Origin: an uncultured Actinomycetes bacterium
GTDB lineage: Bacteria; Actinomycetota; Actinomycetes; Streptosporangiales; Streptosporangiaceae
DNA length: 64,000 bases
Reading direction: 5' to 3'
Assembly (NCBI GenBank): GCA_963793825.1
Contig: CAWCBE010000009.1
Span: forward strand, 11,356-75,355
The notes beneath the pieces are model-generated. The model ran no database searches and was not told the DNA's origin. It worked only from the letters and a program-made list of their open reading frames with translations. Positions 18,984 through 27,942 of this stretch are shown here, in pieces; the stretch's first letter is position 1, and each line of letters starts with the position of its first letter. The position numbers were made by a program, and so were the translations under genes.

Positions 18984-21854
18984 TCAGCCCCGGATCCGCT
19001 CGTTGTCCGGGTCGAACAGCGGGGTGGCGCCGGCCACCGCGACCGTGACCGGGTATTGCTCGCCGAAGTACTCCACGGCGAGGCGGGTGCCCGCCGTGGC
19101 GTAATGCGGCGGCAGGTAGGCCATCAGCAGGTGCCTGCCGACCGACGGTCCCGACCCGGCGCTGGTCACGTAGGACGGGCGGCCCTTGGCGTCCACCAGC
19201 CGCTCGCCGCCCGCGGTCAGGACCGGCTCGCCGCCGAGCATGTAGCGCGGTTCCCCGCCGCCGCTGGCGTGGTCGTCCACGGTCAGCGTGCACAGCACGG
19301 CCGCCGGGTCCGCCGCCCGCTGCCCGAGGTAGGCGGCCTTGCCGATGAACTCCTGCTGCTTCACCCGGGGCCGGGTCATCCCGGCCTCGACCAGCGTGTA
19401 ATCCGCGGTGAGCTCGGCACCCATGGCCCGGTAGCCCTTTTCCAGCCGCCCGGTCGTGCCGTACACGCCGATGCCGGCCGGCACCAGCCCGTGCCGGGCG
19501 CCCGCCGCCCACAGCGCGTCCCACAGGCGGCCGCCCTGCTCCATCGGTACGTGCAGTTCCCAGCCCAGCTCGCCGACGTAGGAGATGCGCGAGGCGAGCA
19601 CCGACAGGCCGCCGATCTCCAGCTCCCGGCAGGTGCCGAACGGGAATCCGTCGTGGCTCACGTCGCCGGCCGTCACCGAGCCGAGCACCTCGCGGGCCCG
19701 CGGGCCCCACAGGCCCAGCGTGGCCCGGGCCGAGGTCAGGTCGGCCAGCGCGGCCGAGCCGTCGGCGGGCAGGTGCTCCGCGAACCAGGCCAGGTCGGCC
19801 TGGCCGGTGGCGCCGCCGGTGACCACCCGGAACCACTGCGGGCCGAGCCGCATGATGGTCAGGTCGGCCTTGAACCCGCCCCGCTCGTTCAGCAGCGAGG
19901 TGTAGATGACCCGGCCGGGCGCCACGTCCAGCTGGGCGACGGCCAGCGACTGCACCAGGTCCAGCGCGGACGGCCCGGTCACGTCGAAGATGGCGAACGC
20001 GGACAGGTCAACCAGCGCGCAGGATTCCCGCATGGCCAGGTGCTCGGCGTTGATGACCGGCGACCACCAGCGGGCGTCCCATTCGCTGGTGCGGGGCATG
20101 AGCCGCCCCTCGTAGCGCGGCAGCAGCGCCTGGTTCGAGGCGTACCAGTGCGGCCGCTCCCACCCGGCCGTCTCGTGGAACACCGCGCCGAGCTCGCGTT
20201 CCCGGTCGTACACCGGGCTGACCCGGACCGGACGGCCGGACTCCCACTGCTCGGCCGGGTGCACGATGCCGTACATCTTGTTGAAGCCCTCACGGGCCCG
20301 CGCCTCGATGTGCGCGGCGGTCCGCTGGCACGGGTAGAACCGGGCGATGGCGGCCTCGTCCACGTCCACCGCGGGAACCTGGCCGCTCATCCACTCGGCC
20401 ACGGCGCGGCCGACGCCCGGGCCTTCCTTGATCCAGCTGGCCGCGGCCGACCACAGCCCGTCCACCCCGGGCACCGGGCCGAGCAGCGGGTGGCCGTCCG
20501 GGGTCATCGAGATCAGCCCGTTGATCGCGTACCGGACCCCGGCGCTCTCGTCGCCGAGCAGCTCGGGCATGAGCTCCAGGGCCTCGGCCAGCTGCGGGTC
20601 GAAGTCGTCCGCGGTGAACGGCAGCTCGGTCGGGGACAGCGCCGACTCCTCGATGGACGGGATGTCGTCCGGGCTGACGATGATCGGCCGGTGCGCGTAG
20701 GAGCCCACCTCCATGTCGCCGCCGTGCTGCCGCTCGTACATGTTGGTGTCCACGTCCCGCACGATCGGGTAGCTGATCTCCCCGGGCGTGTCCGCGAACA
20801 GCGCGATCGGCCCGACGCTGATCATCTGGTGCACGATGGGGGTGAGCGGGATGTGCGCCCCGGCCATCCGGGCGATGCGCGGGCTCCACACGCCGCAGCA
20901 CACGACGACGATGGGCGTCTCGATGTCGCCCGCGGTGGTCCGCACCGCGGTGATCCGGGGCGCGCCAGCCCGGCCGGCCCCGGCGGTGTCGATGCCGAGC
21001 ACCTCGGCACCGGCCAGCACCTGGAGCGCGCCGGACGCCTGGGCCTCCTCGCGCATCAGGGTGCCGGCCCGCAGCGAGTCGACCACCCCGACGGTGGGGA
21101 AGTGCGCGCCGCCGAGGATCACGGACTCGTCCAGGTAGGGCACCAGCTTGGCCACCTCGGCCGGGGTGATGACCTGGCCCGGGATGCCCCACGCCTTGGC
21201 CGCGGTGCACCGGCGGCGCAGTTCGGCCAGCCGGGCCGGGGTACGGGCCACCTCGATGCCGCCGCTGCCGGTGAACACGCCGAGGGCCTGGTACTGCTCG
21301 GTGCTGTCGCGGGTCAGTTCCATCATCATCTTCGAGTACTCGATGGGGAAGATGAAGTTGGAGGCGTGCCCGGTGGAGCCGCCCGGGTTGGGCATCGGGC
21401 CCTTGTCCACCAGGACCAGGTCACGCCAGCCGAGCCGGGCCAGGTGGCAGGCCAGGCTGTTGCCGACGATCCCGGCGCCCACCTTGGCCGGGGTGATGAC
21501 CTGGCCCGGGATGCCCCACGCCTTGGCCGCGGTGCACCGGCGGCGCAGTTCGGCCAGCCGGGCCGGTGTACGGGCCACCTCGATGCCGCCGCTGCCGGTG
21601 AACACGCCGAGGGCCTGGTACTGCTCGGTGCTGTCGCGGGTCAGTTCCATCATCATCTTCGAGTACTCGATGGGGAAGATGAAGTTGGACGCGTGCCCGG
21701 TGGAGCCGCCCGGGTTGGGCATCGGGCCCTTGTCCACCAGCACCAGGTCACGCCAGCCGAGCCGGGCCAGGTGGCAGGCCAGGCTGTTGCCGACGATCCC
21801 GGCGCCCACGATGACGGCGCTGGCCCGGGCCGGTGTGTCAGTCATTCCGCTCAT
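18984..21854 (-). CDS. Dimethylglycine/sarcosine dehydrogenase (oxidase)-family flavoprotein: DAO-type FAD domain plus GcvT-type folate-binding domain. It contains an internal in-frame duplication.
   Basis: Track ORF 18984..21923; likely start ATG 21854 or 21845. GxGxxG VGAGIVGNSLACHLARLG appears twice. C-terminal aminomethyltransferase-like region (...FDVTGPSALDLVQSL...YVGELGWELHV...). Confidence 0.85.
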   Translation of the reverse strand: MSGMTDTPARASAVIVGAGIVGNSLACHLARLGWRDLVLVDKGPMPNPGGSTGHASNFIFPIEYSKMMMELTRDSTEQYQALGVFTGSGGIEVARTPARLAELRRRCTAAKAWGIPGQVITPAKVGAGIVGNSLACHLARLGWRDLVLVDKGPMPNPGGSTGHASNFIFPIEYSKMMMELTRDSTEQYQALGVFTGSGGIEVARTPARLAELRRRCTAAKAWGIPGQVITPAEVAKLVPYLDESVILGGAHFPTVGVVDSLRAGTLMREEAQASGALQVLAGAEVLGIDTAGAGRAGAPRITAVRTTAGDIETPIVVVCCGVWSPRIARMAGAHIPLTPIVHQMISVGPIALFADTPGEISYPIVRDVDTNMYERQHGGDMEVGSYAHRPIIVSPDDIPSIEESALSPTELPFTADDFDPQLAEALELMPELLGDESAGVRYAINGLISMTPDGHPLLGPVPGVDGLWSAAASWIKEGPGVGRAVAEWMSGQVPAVDVDEAAIARFYPCQRTAAHIEARAREGFNKMYGIVHPAEQWESGRPVRVSPVYDRERELGAVFHETAGWERPHWYASNQALLPRYEGRLMPRTSEWDARWWSPVINAEHLAMRESCALVDLSAFAIFDVTGPSALDLVQSLAVAQLDVAPGRVIYTSLLNERGGFKADLTIMRLGPQWFRVVTGGATGQADLAWFAEHLPADGSAALADLTSARATLGLWGPRAREVLGSVTAGDVSHDGFPFGTCRELEIGGLSVLASRISYVGELGWELHVPMEQGGRLWDALWAAGARHGLVPAGIGVYGTTGRLEKGYRAMGAELTADYTLVEAGMTRPRVKQQEFIGKAAYLGQRAADPAAVLCTLTVDDHASGGGEPRYMLGGEPVLTAGGERLVDAKGRPSYVTSAGSGPSVGRHLLMAYLPPHYATAGTRLAVEYFGEQYPVTVAVAGATPLFDPDNERIRG
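21152..21809. repeat. Tandem duplication, 327 bp x 2, in frame within the dehydrogenase gene
   Basis: Copy A is about 21152-21482 and copy B about 21479-21809, an offset of 327. By eye there are only 4 differences, at A positions about 21158, 21240, 21361 and 21416. Confidence 0.9.
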
Positions 21855-21971
21855 TCCCGCCCATCCGTGTTGTCGCCCCCCGGCGGGGCGCCGGTGAGTT
21901 GCATCGGCCCCGCCACCCGGCACTGCGGCGGCGGGGCCGATGCAGCCAACTGTGTGCCGCCTGGCCCGCGG

Positions 21972-23615
21972 TTACTCGACCGGAATCTCCTTGTTGATCA
22001 GGCCCAGGTCGATGCCCTGGCGGCTGCGCACGATCCGGGCGATCACGTACACCACGATGGCCAGCACGTACATGCCGCCCATGAAGTACAGCGAGTTGTG
22101 GTTGTTCACCCCGTACGCGCTGTTGGTCAGCCACTCATACAGGTTGTAGCCGAGCAGCCCGATGGTGACGACGCCCGCCAGCGGCACCAGGGGCACCCCG
22201 GCAACCTTGATCCGGCTGGCCGGCGACGCCCGCCACAGGTCCGGCTTGAGCCACGGCAGCAGCACCACCGCGATCGCGCTGAACAGGTAGGTCACCGCGA
22301 TGACCAGGGTGGCGTCCAGCGTGTAGGTCTCGAAGGTGAGGTTGTAGGCGTAGACCGCGCTGACGATGACCGCCGGGGCGAGCATCAGGATCAGCGAGTA
22401 GAACGGCACCTTGCGCTTCTCCGACACCTCGGCGGCCCGGTCCGGCAGCACCCGGTCGAACGCGGCGGCGAAGATGACCCGGGTCGAGGACAGGAACAGG
22501 GTGCCGACCCAGCCGATGAACCACAGCGCCATGAGCAGGATGAGCACCGTCTGGAACACGGTGTTGTGCACCAGCCAGCCGGCGAACATCACCGGGTAGG
22601 GCCAGATCGGGATGGGCGAGCTGACCTTGCCGCCACTGTAGAACGCCGTCCAGTACAGCGCGTTGGCGTTGTTGTAGAAAGCGTTGCCGAATGTCTTCGC
22701 CACCACCAGCAGGAAGATCACGGACAGGATCACGGTGATCCACAGGCCGGAGAACATCCCGGCGAAGACGCGCTTGAAGTCACTGGCCCCGCGGATCTCG
22801 CCGTAGAGCGTGGAACCCCAGTTCGGCCACAGCAGGTAGAACATCATCATCGGGACCAGCAGCATGCTCGCGCCGATCGGGGTGAAGCCAAAGACCGGTG
22901 ACACGTAACCGTTCTTGGCCGCCAGGGCGTTGGTCTTGCCGTAGGCGTTGCTGACCCCGAAGATCTTGTGCGCCTCGGTGTTGAACGACGAGATGAAATT
23001 CGCCTTGCTGTTGACCAGCAGCAGGATGACGATGACGGCGAAGCCGACCAGGCCGGCGTAGAAGCACCACTTCTGGATCCGGGCGTACCCGGCCATGCCG
23101 AGCGAGACGAGCACGCCGGCCAGCGCGATCGTGATGACGGAAACCACGAAGATCCCGGTCTTGGTGGCGAACCAGGTCGCGCCGCTGGGATCACCGAGCG
23201 TCGCCCACAACGGCTGGAACAGCTCCACCGAGAGGATGTTGCCGTAGATCGGCGCCCACAGCCACAGGATGAACCACCACCCGGTGGCCGCCATCACGAA
23301 ACCGAGGCCGCTGCCCAGGATCCGGCTCTGCCAGACGTAGTCACCGCCCGCCCGGGGGATGGTGACGATCAGCCCCGCATAGGCGATGACCAGGAACGAG
23401 ACCCAGACACCCGAAACCAGGATCGAGGTGATCAGCTGGCCTTTGGGGATGAAGGACTGGAACGAGAACTCGTAGATCCCCAGCGTCACCACATTGGTGG
23501 CCAGCACCGCGTAGATCATGGAATCCCGGACGGACCAGCCACGGACCAGGCCGGTGGCTTTGCGCAAGAAGAGTGTTGGCGTCTCGCCGCCAATTGCGTC
23601 AGTTGCCATGCGCAT
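21972..23615 (-). CDS. APC-superfamily amino acid/amine permease
   Basis: 547-aa track ORF with about 12 or more hydrophobic segments. N-terminal region LRKATGLVRGWSVRDSMIYAVLATNVV...IPRAGGDYVW. It is the first gene of the permease/dehydrogenase/etfBA string on the minus strand. Confidence 0.8.
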   Translation of the reverse strand: MRMATDAIGGETPTLFLRKATGLVRGWSVRDSMIYAVLATNVVTLGIYEFSFQSFIPKGQLITSILVSGVWVSFLVIAYAGLIVTIPRAGGDYVWQSRILGSGLGFVMAATGWWFILWLWAPIYGNILSVELFQPLWATLGDPSGATWFATKTGIFVVSVITIALAGVLVSLGMAGYARIQKWCFYAGLVGFAVIVILLLVNSKANFISSFNTEAHKIFGVSNAYGKTNALAAKNGYVSPVFGFTPIGASMLLVPMMMFYLLWPNWGSTLYGEIRGASDFKRVFAGMFSGLWITVILSVIFLLVVAKTFGNAFYNNANALYWTAFYSGGKVSSPIPIWPYPVMFAGWLVHNTVFQTVLILLMALWFIGWVGTLFLSSTRVIFAAAFDRVLPDRAAEVSEKRKVPFYSLILMLAPAVIVSAVYAYNLTFETYTLDATLVIAVTYLFSAIAVVLLPWLKPDLWRASPASRIKVAGVPLVPLAGVVTIGLLGYNLYEWLTNSAYGVNNHNSLYFMGGMYVLAIVVYVIARIVRSRQGIDLGLINKEIPVE

Positions 23616-23680
23616 CTCCCAGTTTGGGGGTTATGGGGGCTAGGTAAGCCTATTGCGCACCCGCTGCGGGCCGGCGGGAA

Positions 23681-24631
23681 TCAGCCATTCACCAGAAGGT
23701 ATTTGGTAACTTTCCCCTTCTTGGGGTTCAGTTCTAGCACCGCGCCCTGCAGCACCCCGTCCCCGTAAACGCTGCCGGGGTTGATGGCCAGCGTCCGGCC
23801 CATCCGCTTGATCCCGCGGCTCTCGTGAATATGGCCGTGGACCGACAGCATGGGCTGGTAGCCGTTGATGGCGTCGCGCACCGCGGTGGAGCCCACCGCC
23901 TTCATGACCGCGCCGCCGTGGGTGGGGCGGAGGTTCCCGTCCAGGGCGGGCGCCTCGTCCAGGCCGGTGCCGTAGGGCGGGGCGTGGAAGTTGAAGATGG
24001 CCCGCTCCAGGTCCGGGATCTGGCCGACCACCGCGTCGATCTTCTTCTTGAGCTCCTCCTCGGGAGCCTCACGGAAGGTGTCCCACGGGGTGGGGTTGGT
24101 CCAGCCCATCGACACCAGGGAGAACCCGTCCAGGTCGAGGGCCTTGCCCTCGCCGAAGCTGACGCAGGGAGACGCCTCGATGACGTCGTCGATCTCCCAG
24201 ATGTCGTCGTTGCCGCCGTTGAGCACGCACGGGATGTCGCCGCCGCGGAGCTTGCCGTCCGCCATGTCCAGCCAGCGGTCCAGCGAGCGGATCATCTCCG
24301 CGCTGAACCGGCGGTCCACCGCGCCTTCGGTGCCGCTGAGCTCGGTAAGCTCGTCGGGCGTGACGATGGCCGGGTAGGAGCCCTTGTTGCGGATCTGCTT
24401 CTCGACTTCCTCGAGTTCCGCCCGGGTGTCCATCCGGATGGTCTCGCCGCGGACCACCGCCTGCCAGTACCCGGTGTGCGCCACGATCGGCACCATGACC
24501 TTGCCGGTGACGTCCCCGCCGAGCACGACGAGGTCCGCCTTATAGAAGGCCGCGGCGTTCAGGAACTTGCGCCAGCACACTTCCGAGCCGTGGATATCCG
24601 TGGCGAAGAAGACCCTCACACTGCCACCCAT
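23681..24631 (-). CDS. Metallophosphoesterase (calcineurin-like)
   Basis: ATG 24631 with AAGGAAGG immediately upstream. VFFATDIHGSE, LVVLGGDVTGK, NGGNDD and SVHGHIHES match the phosphoesterase metal-ligand motifs. Confidence 0.75.
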   Translation of the reverse strand: MGGSVRVFFATDIHGSEVCWRKFLNAAAFYKADLVVLGGDVTGKVMVPIVAHTGYWQAVVRGETIRMDTRAELEEVEKQIRNKGSYPAIVTPDELTELSGTEGAVDRRFSAEMIRSLDRWLDMADGKLRGGDIPCVLNGGNDDIWEIDDVIEASPCVSFGEGKALDLDGFSLVSMGWTNPTPWDTFREAPEEELKKKIDAVVGQIPDLERAIFNFHAPPYGTGLDEAPALDGNLRPTHGGAVMKAVGSTAVRDAINGYQPMLSVHGHIHESRGIKRMGRTLAINPGSVYGDGVLQGAVLELNPKKGKVTKYLLVNG

Positions 24632-24772
24632 GCCTTCCTTCGCGCACCCGCTCCGCTGCGCTGGCTGTTTGGTTCGCGCACGCAGGTTTCCCGGCGCGTT
24701 ACGCAACGACCGTGCATCCTGTGCAACGTCTAGCATCCGGCCGAAACCGGCGTCAAGCGGGGCAAGCCGAAT

Positions 24773-25636
24773 TCAGTGGGCCACTTCCTCGGGCAGTTCG
24801 TACCAGCGAACCCGGTCGCCGACATTGGACCGCAGCTTCCACTTCATGCTCTTCGGCGCGGCCTCCGCGACGTCCAGCAACTGCCGCGCCGCGGCCAGCG
24901 GATCGTGGTACGGCCGCGGCGGCACCAGCCCCGGCTTCTCCGCCACCAGGGCGGGCAGCTTGACCAGGTTCTCGGTGACCGTGCGCCACCAGCCCCAGTC
25001 CGCGCCGAGCACCTTGCCGAACCGGTCGGTGTCGATGACCGGCGGGCCGCCCTCGCCGAGCGGCAGCGCGGACAGCAGGTGCACGATGTCCCGCGCGTCC
25101 TTCTCGTTCAGCTCGACGATCTGCAGCTTGGACAGCAGCAGGTCGACGGAGTCCACGGTGTACGGCAGCCGGCCGAAGGACGGCCGGAAGTCCAGCGTGT
25201 GGCACATCGTGAGCCGGTCCACCATGACGTCGACCGGGCGGCCGGACGGCGCGTTGAAGTACATCTGCCGGTCGCCGTTGAGGTTGTTGAACCGCCGGTC
25301 CGGCACGGCGCCGTTGTCCGCGAGCCAGGCCGCGACGTCCTTGCGGCCCTTGGACAGGCAGGCGAAGTCGATGTCCTGATCACGGCGCAGCCGGGGCGGG
25401 AACTCCGGGCACAGCACGCGCACGCCCAGCCCGCCGAGCAGCTTCAGCCCCAGGCCGGCCTCGGCGGCGGCCCGGGCCAGCCCGAGCGCCTCGGGGAGCG
25501 GATCATGCGACGACCCGGGGGTCACCTGGTCGGCGTCTTCGGCCATTTGCCGGCCCTGCTCTCGTTCCTCAGCGGTGCCTGCCGATGCGAGGGAGCGGGC
25601 CGCACCATTCGGGTAACTAGCTAGCGAGTATGCCAT
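24773..25636 (-). CDS. Nucleotidyltransferase-fold protein (AbiEii / NTP_transf_5-like); function unknown
   Basis: Track ORF. LLGGLGVRVLCPEFPPRLRRDQDIDFACL resembles the GG...R..(S/D)xDIDf signature of minimal nucleotidyltransferases. The start is uncertain; ATG at 25546 (MAEDADQ) is possible. Confidence 0.45.
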   Translation of the reverse strand: MAYSLASYPNGAARSLASAGTAEEREQGRQMAEDADQVTPGSSHDPLPEALGLARAAAEAGLGLKLLGGLGVRVLCPEFPPRLRRDQDIDFACLSKGRKDVAAWLADNGAVPDRRFNNLNGDRQMYFNAPSGRPVDVMVDRLTMCHTLDFRPSFGRLPYTVDSVDLLLSKLQIVELNEKDARDIVHLLSALPLGEGGPPVIDTDRFGKVLGADWGWWRTVTENLVKLPALVAEKPGLVPPRPYHDPLAAARQLLDVAEAAPKSMKWKLRSNVGDRVRWYELPEEVAH

Positions 25637-25691
25637 GCGTCACCGGAACAACCAGTTGACGCAGCACGGGCCAATGGTCATTCTGTGTTGC

Positions 25692-26417
25692 ATGAGCGAG
25701 CCTGTGGTTGCGGCGGGGGCAACCTACCAGTCCGCGGAGCGAGTGCTGAGCCTGCTCGCAAGCTTCGAGGACGGCCGGCCAGAACTCAGTGTGTCAGAAA
25801 TCGCCGCATCCCTGGGCGTACACAAGTCAACCGCCTCCCGGCTGGCCGCCACCCTGGAGCGGACCGGGTTCCTGGCCCGCTCGGGCCGGCGGTACCGGCT
25901 CGGCGTCGAGGTCATCCGGCTCGGCACGCTGGCGCTGCGCAGCACGGACATCGTGGCCACGATGCAGCCGGCCATGGAGAAGCTGTCCCAGCTGACCGGC
26001 GAGACCATCAACCTGGCCGTCCCGGCCGGGCCGGACATCCTGAACGTGGCCGAGGTGCCCAGCACCTATATCCTCAGCTGCTCCGGCGGCTGGATCGGGC
26101 GGCGCACCAGGCCGCACGCGGTGGCCAACGGGAAGGTGCTGCTGGCCTTCGGCGCCATCCCGGTGCCGGCCACCCTGGAGCGGTACACCGAGCACACCAT
26201 CACCACGGCGGCGGCGCTGCAGGCGGAGCTGGCTGCCGTCCGCCGCGACGGCTACGCCACGGCGGCCGCCGAGCTGGAGGACGGCCTGGTCGCCGTGGCG
26301 GCGCCGGTGCTGCGCCCGGGCGGCGGCTGCGTGGCCGCCCTGTCGATCTCCGGGCCGGCCTACCGGATGCCAGCTGAGAAGCTGGATGACCTGGGCCGCC
26401 TGTGCGCCGCCTGCTGA
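25692..26417 (+). CDS. IclR-family transcriptional regulator (intact)
   Basis: ATG 25692 in ORF 25635..26417. HTH SVSEIAASLGVHKSTASRLAATLERTGFL; effector domain ...ETINLAVP...HAVANGKVLLAF...GYATAAAELEDGLVAVAAPV.... Confidence 0.85.
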   Translation: MSEPVVAAGATYQSAERVLSLLASFEDGRPELSVSEIAASLGVHKSTASRLAATLERTGFLARSGRRYRLGVEVIRLGTLALRSTDIVATMQPAMEKLSQLTGETINLAVPAGPDILNVAEVPSTYILSCSGGWIGRRTRPHAVANGKVLLAFGAIPVPATLERYTEHTITTAAALQAELAAVRRDGYATAAAELEDGLVAVAAPVLRPGGGCVAALSISGPAYRMPAEKLDDLGRLCAAC

Positions 26418-26487
26418 CCGCGGGGGCGTAGGGACGGCCGCCGCGCCCGGCGGGATGGCGGCGGGAATGGCCGGAGGGAGCACGCGC

Positions 26488-27942
26488 GTGGACGAGTACC
26501 TGCTCTATGTAGCGGGCGAGTGGCGGGCGGGCGGCTCTCCCGCCGTCCCGGCGGTCAGCCCGGCCTCGGGCGAAACGTTCGGCACCGTCGCCATGGGGAA
26601 CGCGGCCGACGTGGACGACGCGGTGCGCGCGGCCGCGCGGGCCTGGCCCGCCTGGGCGGCCGCCTCCCCGTTCGACCGGGCGGCCTGGTGCGAGCGGGTG
26701 GCGGCGGCGATCGCGGCCCGGCGTGACGAGCTGGCCCGGGTGCTCACCCTGGACCAGGGCAAGCCGCTGGCCGCCGAGGCCTACGACGAGGTCGATGAGC
26801 TGGCCGGGTACTTCCGGATGGCGGCCGCGGATGCCCGGCGGCTGGATGGTGCCGCTCCCCCGTCCGCCGCGGCGGGGCGGCGGGTGATCACCGCCCGGGT
26901 GCCGCTCGGCGTGGTCGGCGTGATCAGCCCGTGGAACTGGCCCTACACGATGGGCGCCGAGCTGTTCGCGCCCGCGCTGGCGGCCGGCAACGCGGTGGTC
27001 TGGGTCCCGGCCCCGAGCACGGCCGCCTGCTCAGCCGTGCTGGCCGGGATCATCGCCGGGGCGGCCACGCCGGACGGGGTGTTCAATTTCGTGCCCGGGC
27101 CGGGCCCGGTGGCCGGGGACGCGCTGGCCGGCCACCCCGGCGTGGCCGCGGTCGGCTTCATCGGGTCGGTGGCCACCGGCGGGCTGGTCGCCACGCGGGC
27201 GGCCGGGAAGACCCAGCTGCTCGAGCTGGGCGGCAACGGCCCGATGGTCATCCTGGATGACGCGGACCTGGACCTGGCGGCGGGCGCGGCGCTGGAGGCG
27301 GCCTACCTGTGCGCCGGGCAGAGCTGCACGGCCGGGGAGCGGTTCCTGGTGCACGCCGCGGTGCGGGCCGAGTTCACCGAGCGGGTGGTGGCCGCGACGA
27401 TGGAACGGGTCCGGCTGGGCGACCCGTTCGACCCGAAGACCACCATGGGCCCGCTGAACAACGAGCCGACCGCGGCCAAGTTCGACCGGCACGTGGCCGG
27501 GGCGGTCGCCCGCGGCGCCAAGCTGTGCTGCGGCGGGCGCCGCGCCCCCGGCTTCCGCACCGCCCTGTACGCCGAGCCGACCGTGCTGGACGGGGTGACC
27601 ACCGACATGGAGATCGCCGCCGAGGAGACGTTTGGCCCGGTGGTGCCGATCATCGAGGTAGCCTCGGCCGCCGAGGCGCTGGAGCTGACCAACGCGTCCC
27701 CGTTCGGCCTGACCGCCGCGGTGTTCACCGAGGACCTGGAACGCGGCCTGGCCTTCGCCGAGCAGGCCCGGGCCGGCTGGGTCAACGTGAACGCCTCGAC
27801 CAACCTGTGGGAGTCCCACCTGCCGTTCGGCGGCCGGTCCGGGTCGGTGAGCGGCCGCGGCCGGGTCGGCGGGGCGTTCGCCATGGACGCCTTCACCGAG
27901 CCGAAGACGATCCTGTATCCCAGCCCTAAGCTCCGCCGCTAA
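26488..27942 (+). CDS. NAD(P)-dependent aldehyde dehydrogenase
   Basis: GTG 26488 (GGAGGGAG upstream) in ORF 26386..27942. VISPWNWP, FIGSVATG, catalytic LELGGNGP and AGQSCTAGER, EETFGPV. Confidence 0.9.
   Translation: MDEYLLYVAGEWRAGGSPAVPAVSPASGETFGTVAMGNAADVDDAVRAAARAWPAWAAASPFDRAAWCERVAAAIAARRDELARVLTLDQGKPLAAEAYDEVDELAGYFRMAAADARRLDGAAPPSAAAGRRVITARVPLGVVGVISPWNWPYTMGAELFAPALAAGNAVVWVPAPSTAACSAVLAGIIAGAATPDGVFNFVPGPGPVAGDALAGHPGVAAVGFIGSVATGGLVATRAAGKTQLLELGGNGPMVILDDADLDLAAGAALEAAYLCAGQSCTAGERFLVHAAVRAEFTERVVAATMERVRLGDPFDPKTTMGPLNNEPTAAKFDRHVAGAVARGAKLCCGGRRAPGFRTALYAEPTVLDGVTTDMEIAAEETFGPVVPIIEVASAAEALELTNASPFGLTAAVFTEDLERGLAFAEQARAGWVNVNASTNLWESHLPFGGRSGSVSGRGRVGGAFAMDAFTEPKTILYPSPKLRR

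Noticed and set aside
19056-22901. Very long ORFs in the track (1281 aa here). Others are 4521..6578, 30639..33566, 35846..38032, 59634..61469, 10715..13048 and 2433..3884.
   Set aside because: They lie antisense to, or out of frame with, genes that have clear conserved motifs. Their translations are Arg/Gly/Pro/Ala-rich with no recognisable domains. These are typical shadow ORFs of stop-poor high-GC DNA.
21972-23615. The lower overall GC of the APC permease gene as a sign of horizontal transfer.
   Set aside because: Reading the codons shows that third positions remain strongly G/C. The lower GC comes from the Tyr/Asn/Phe/Ile-rich membrane-protein composition.
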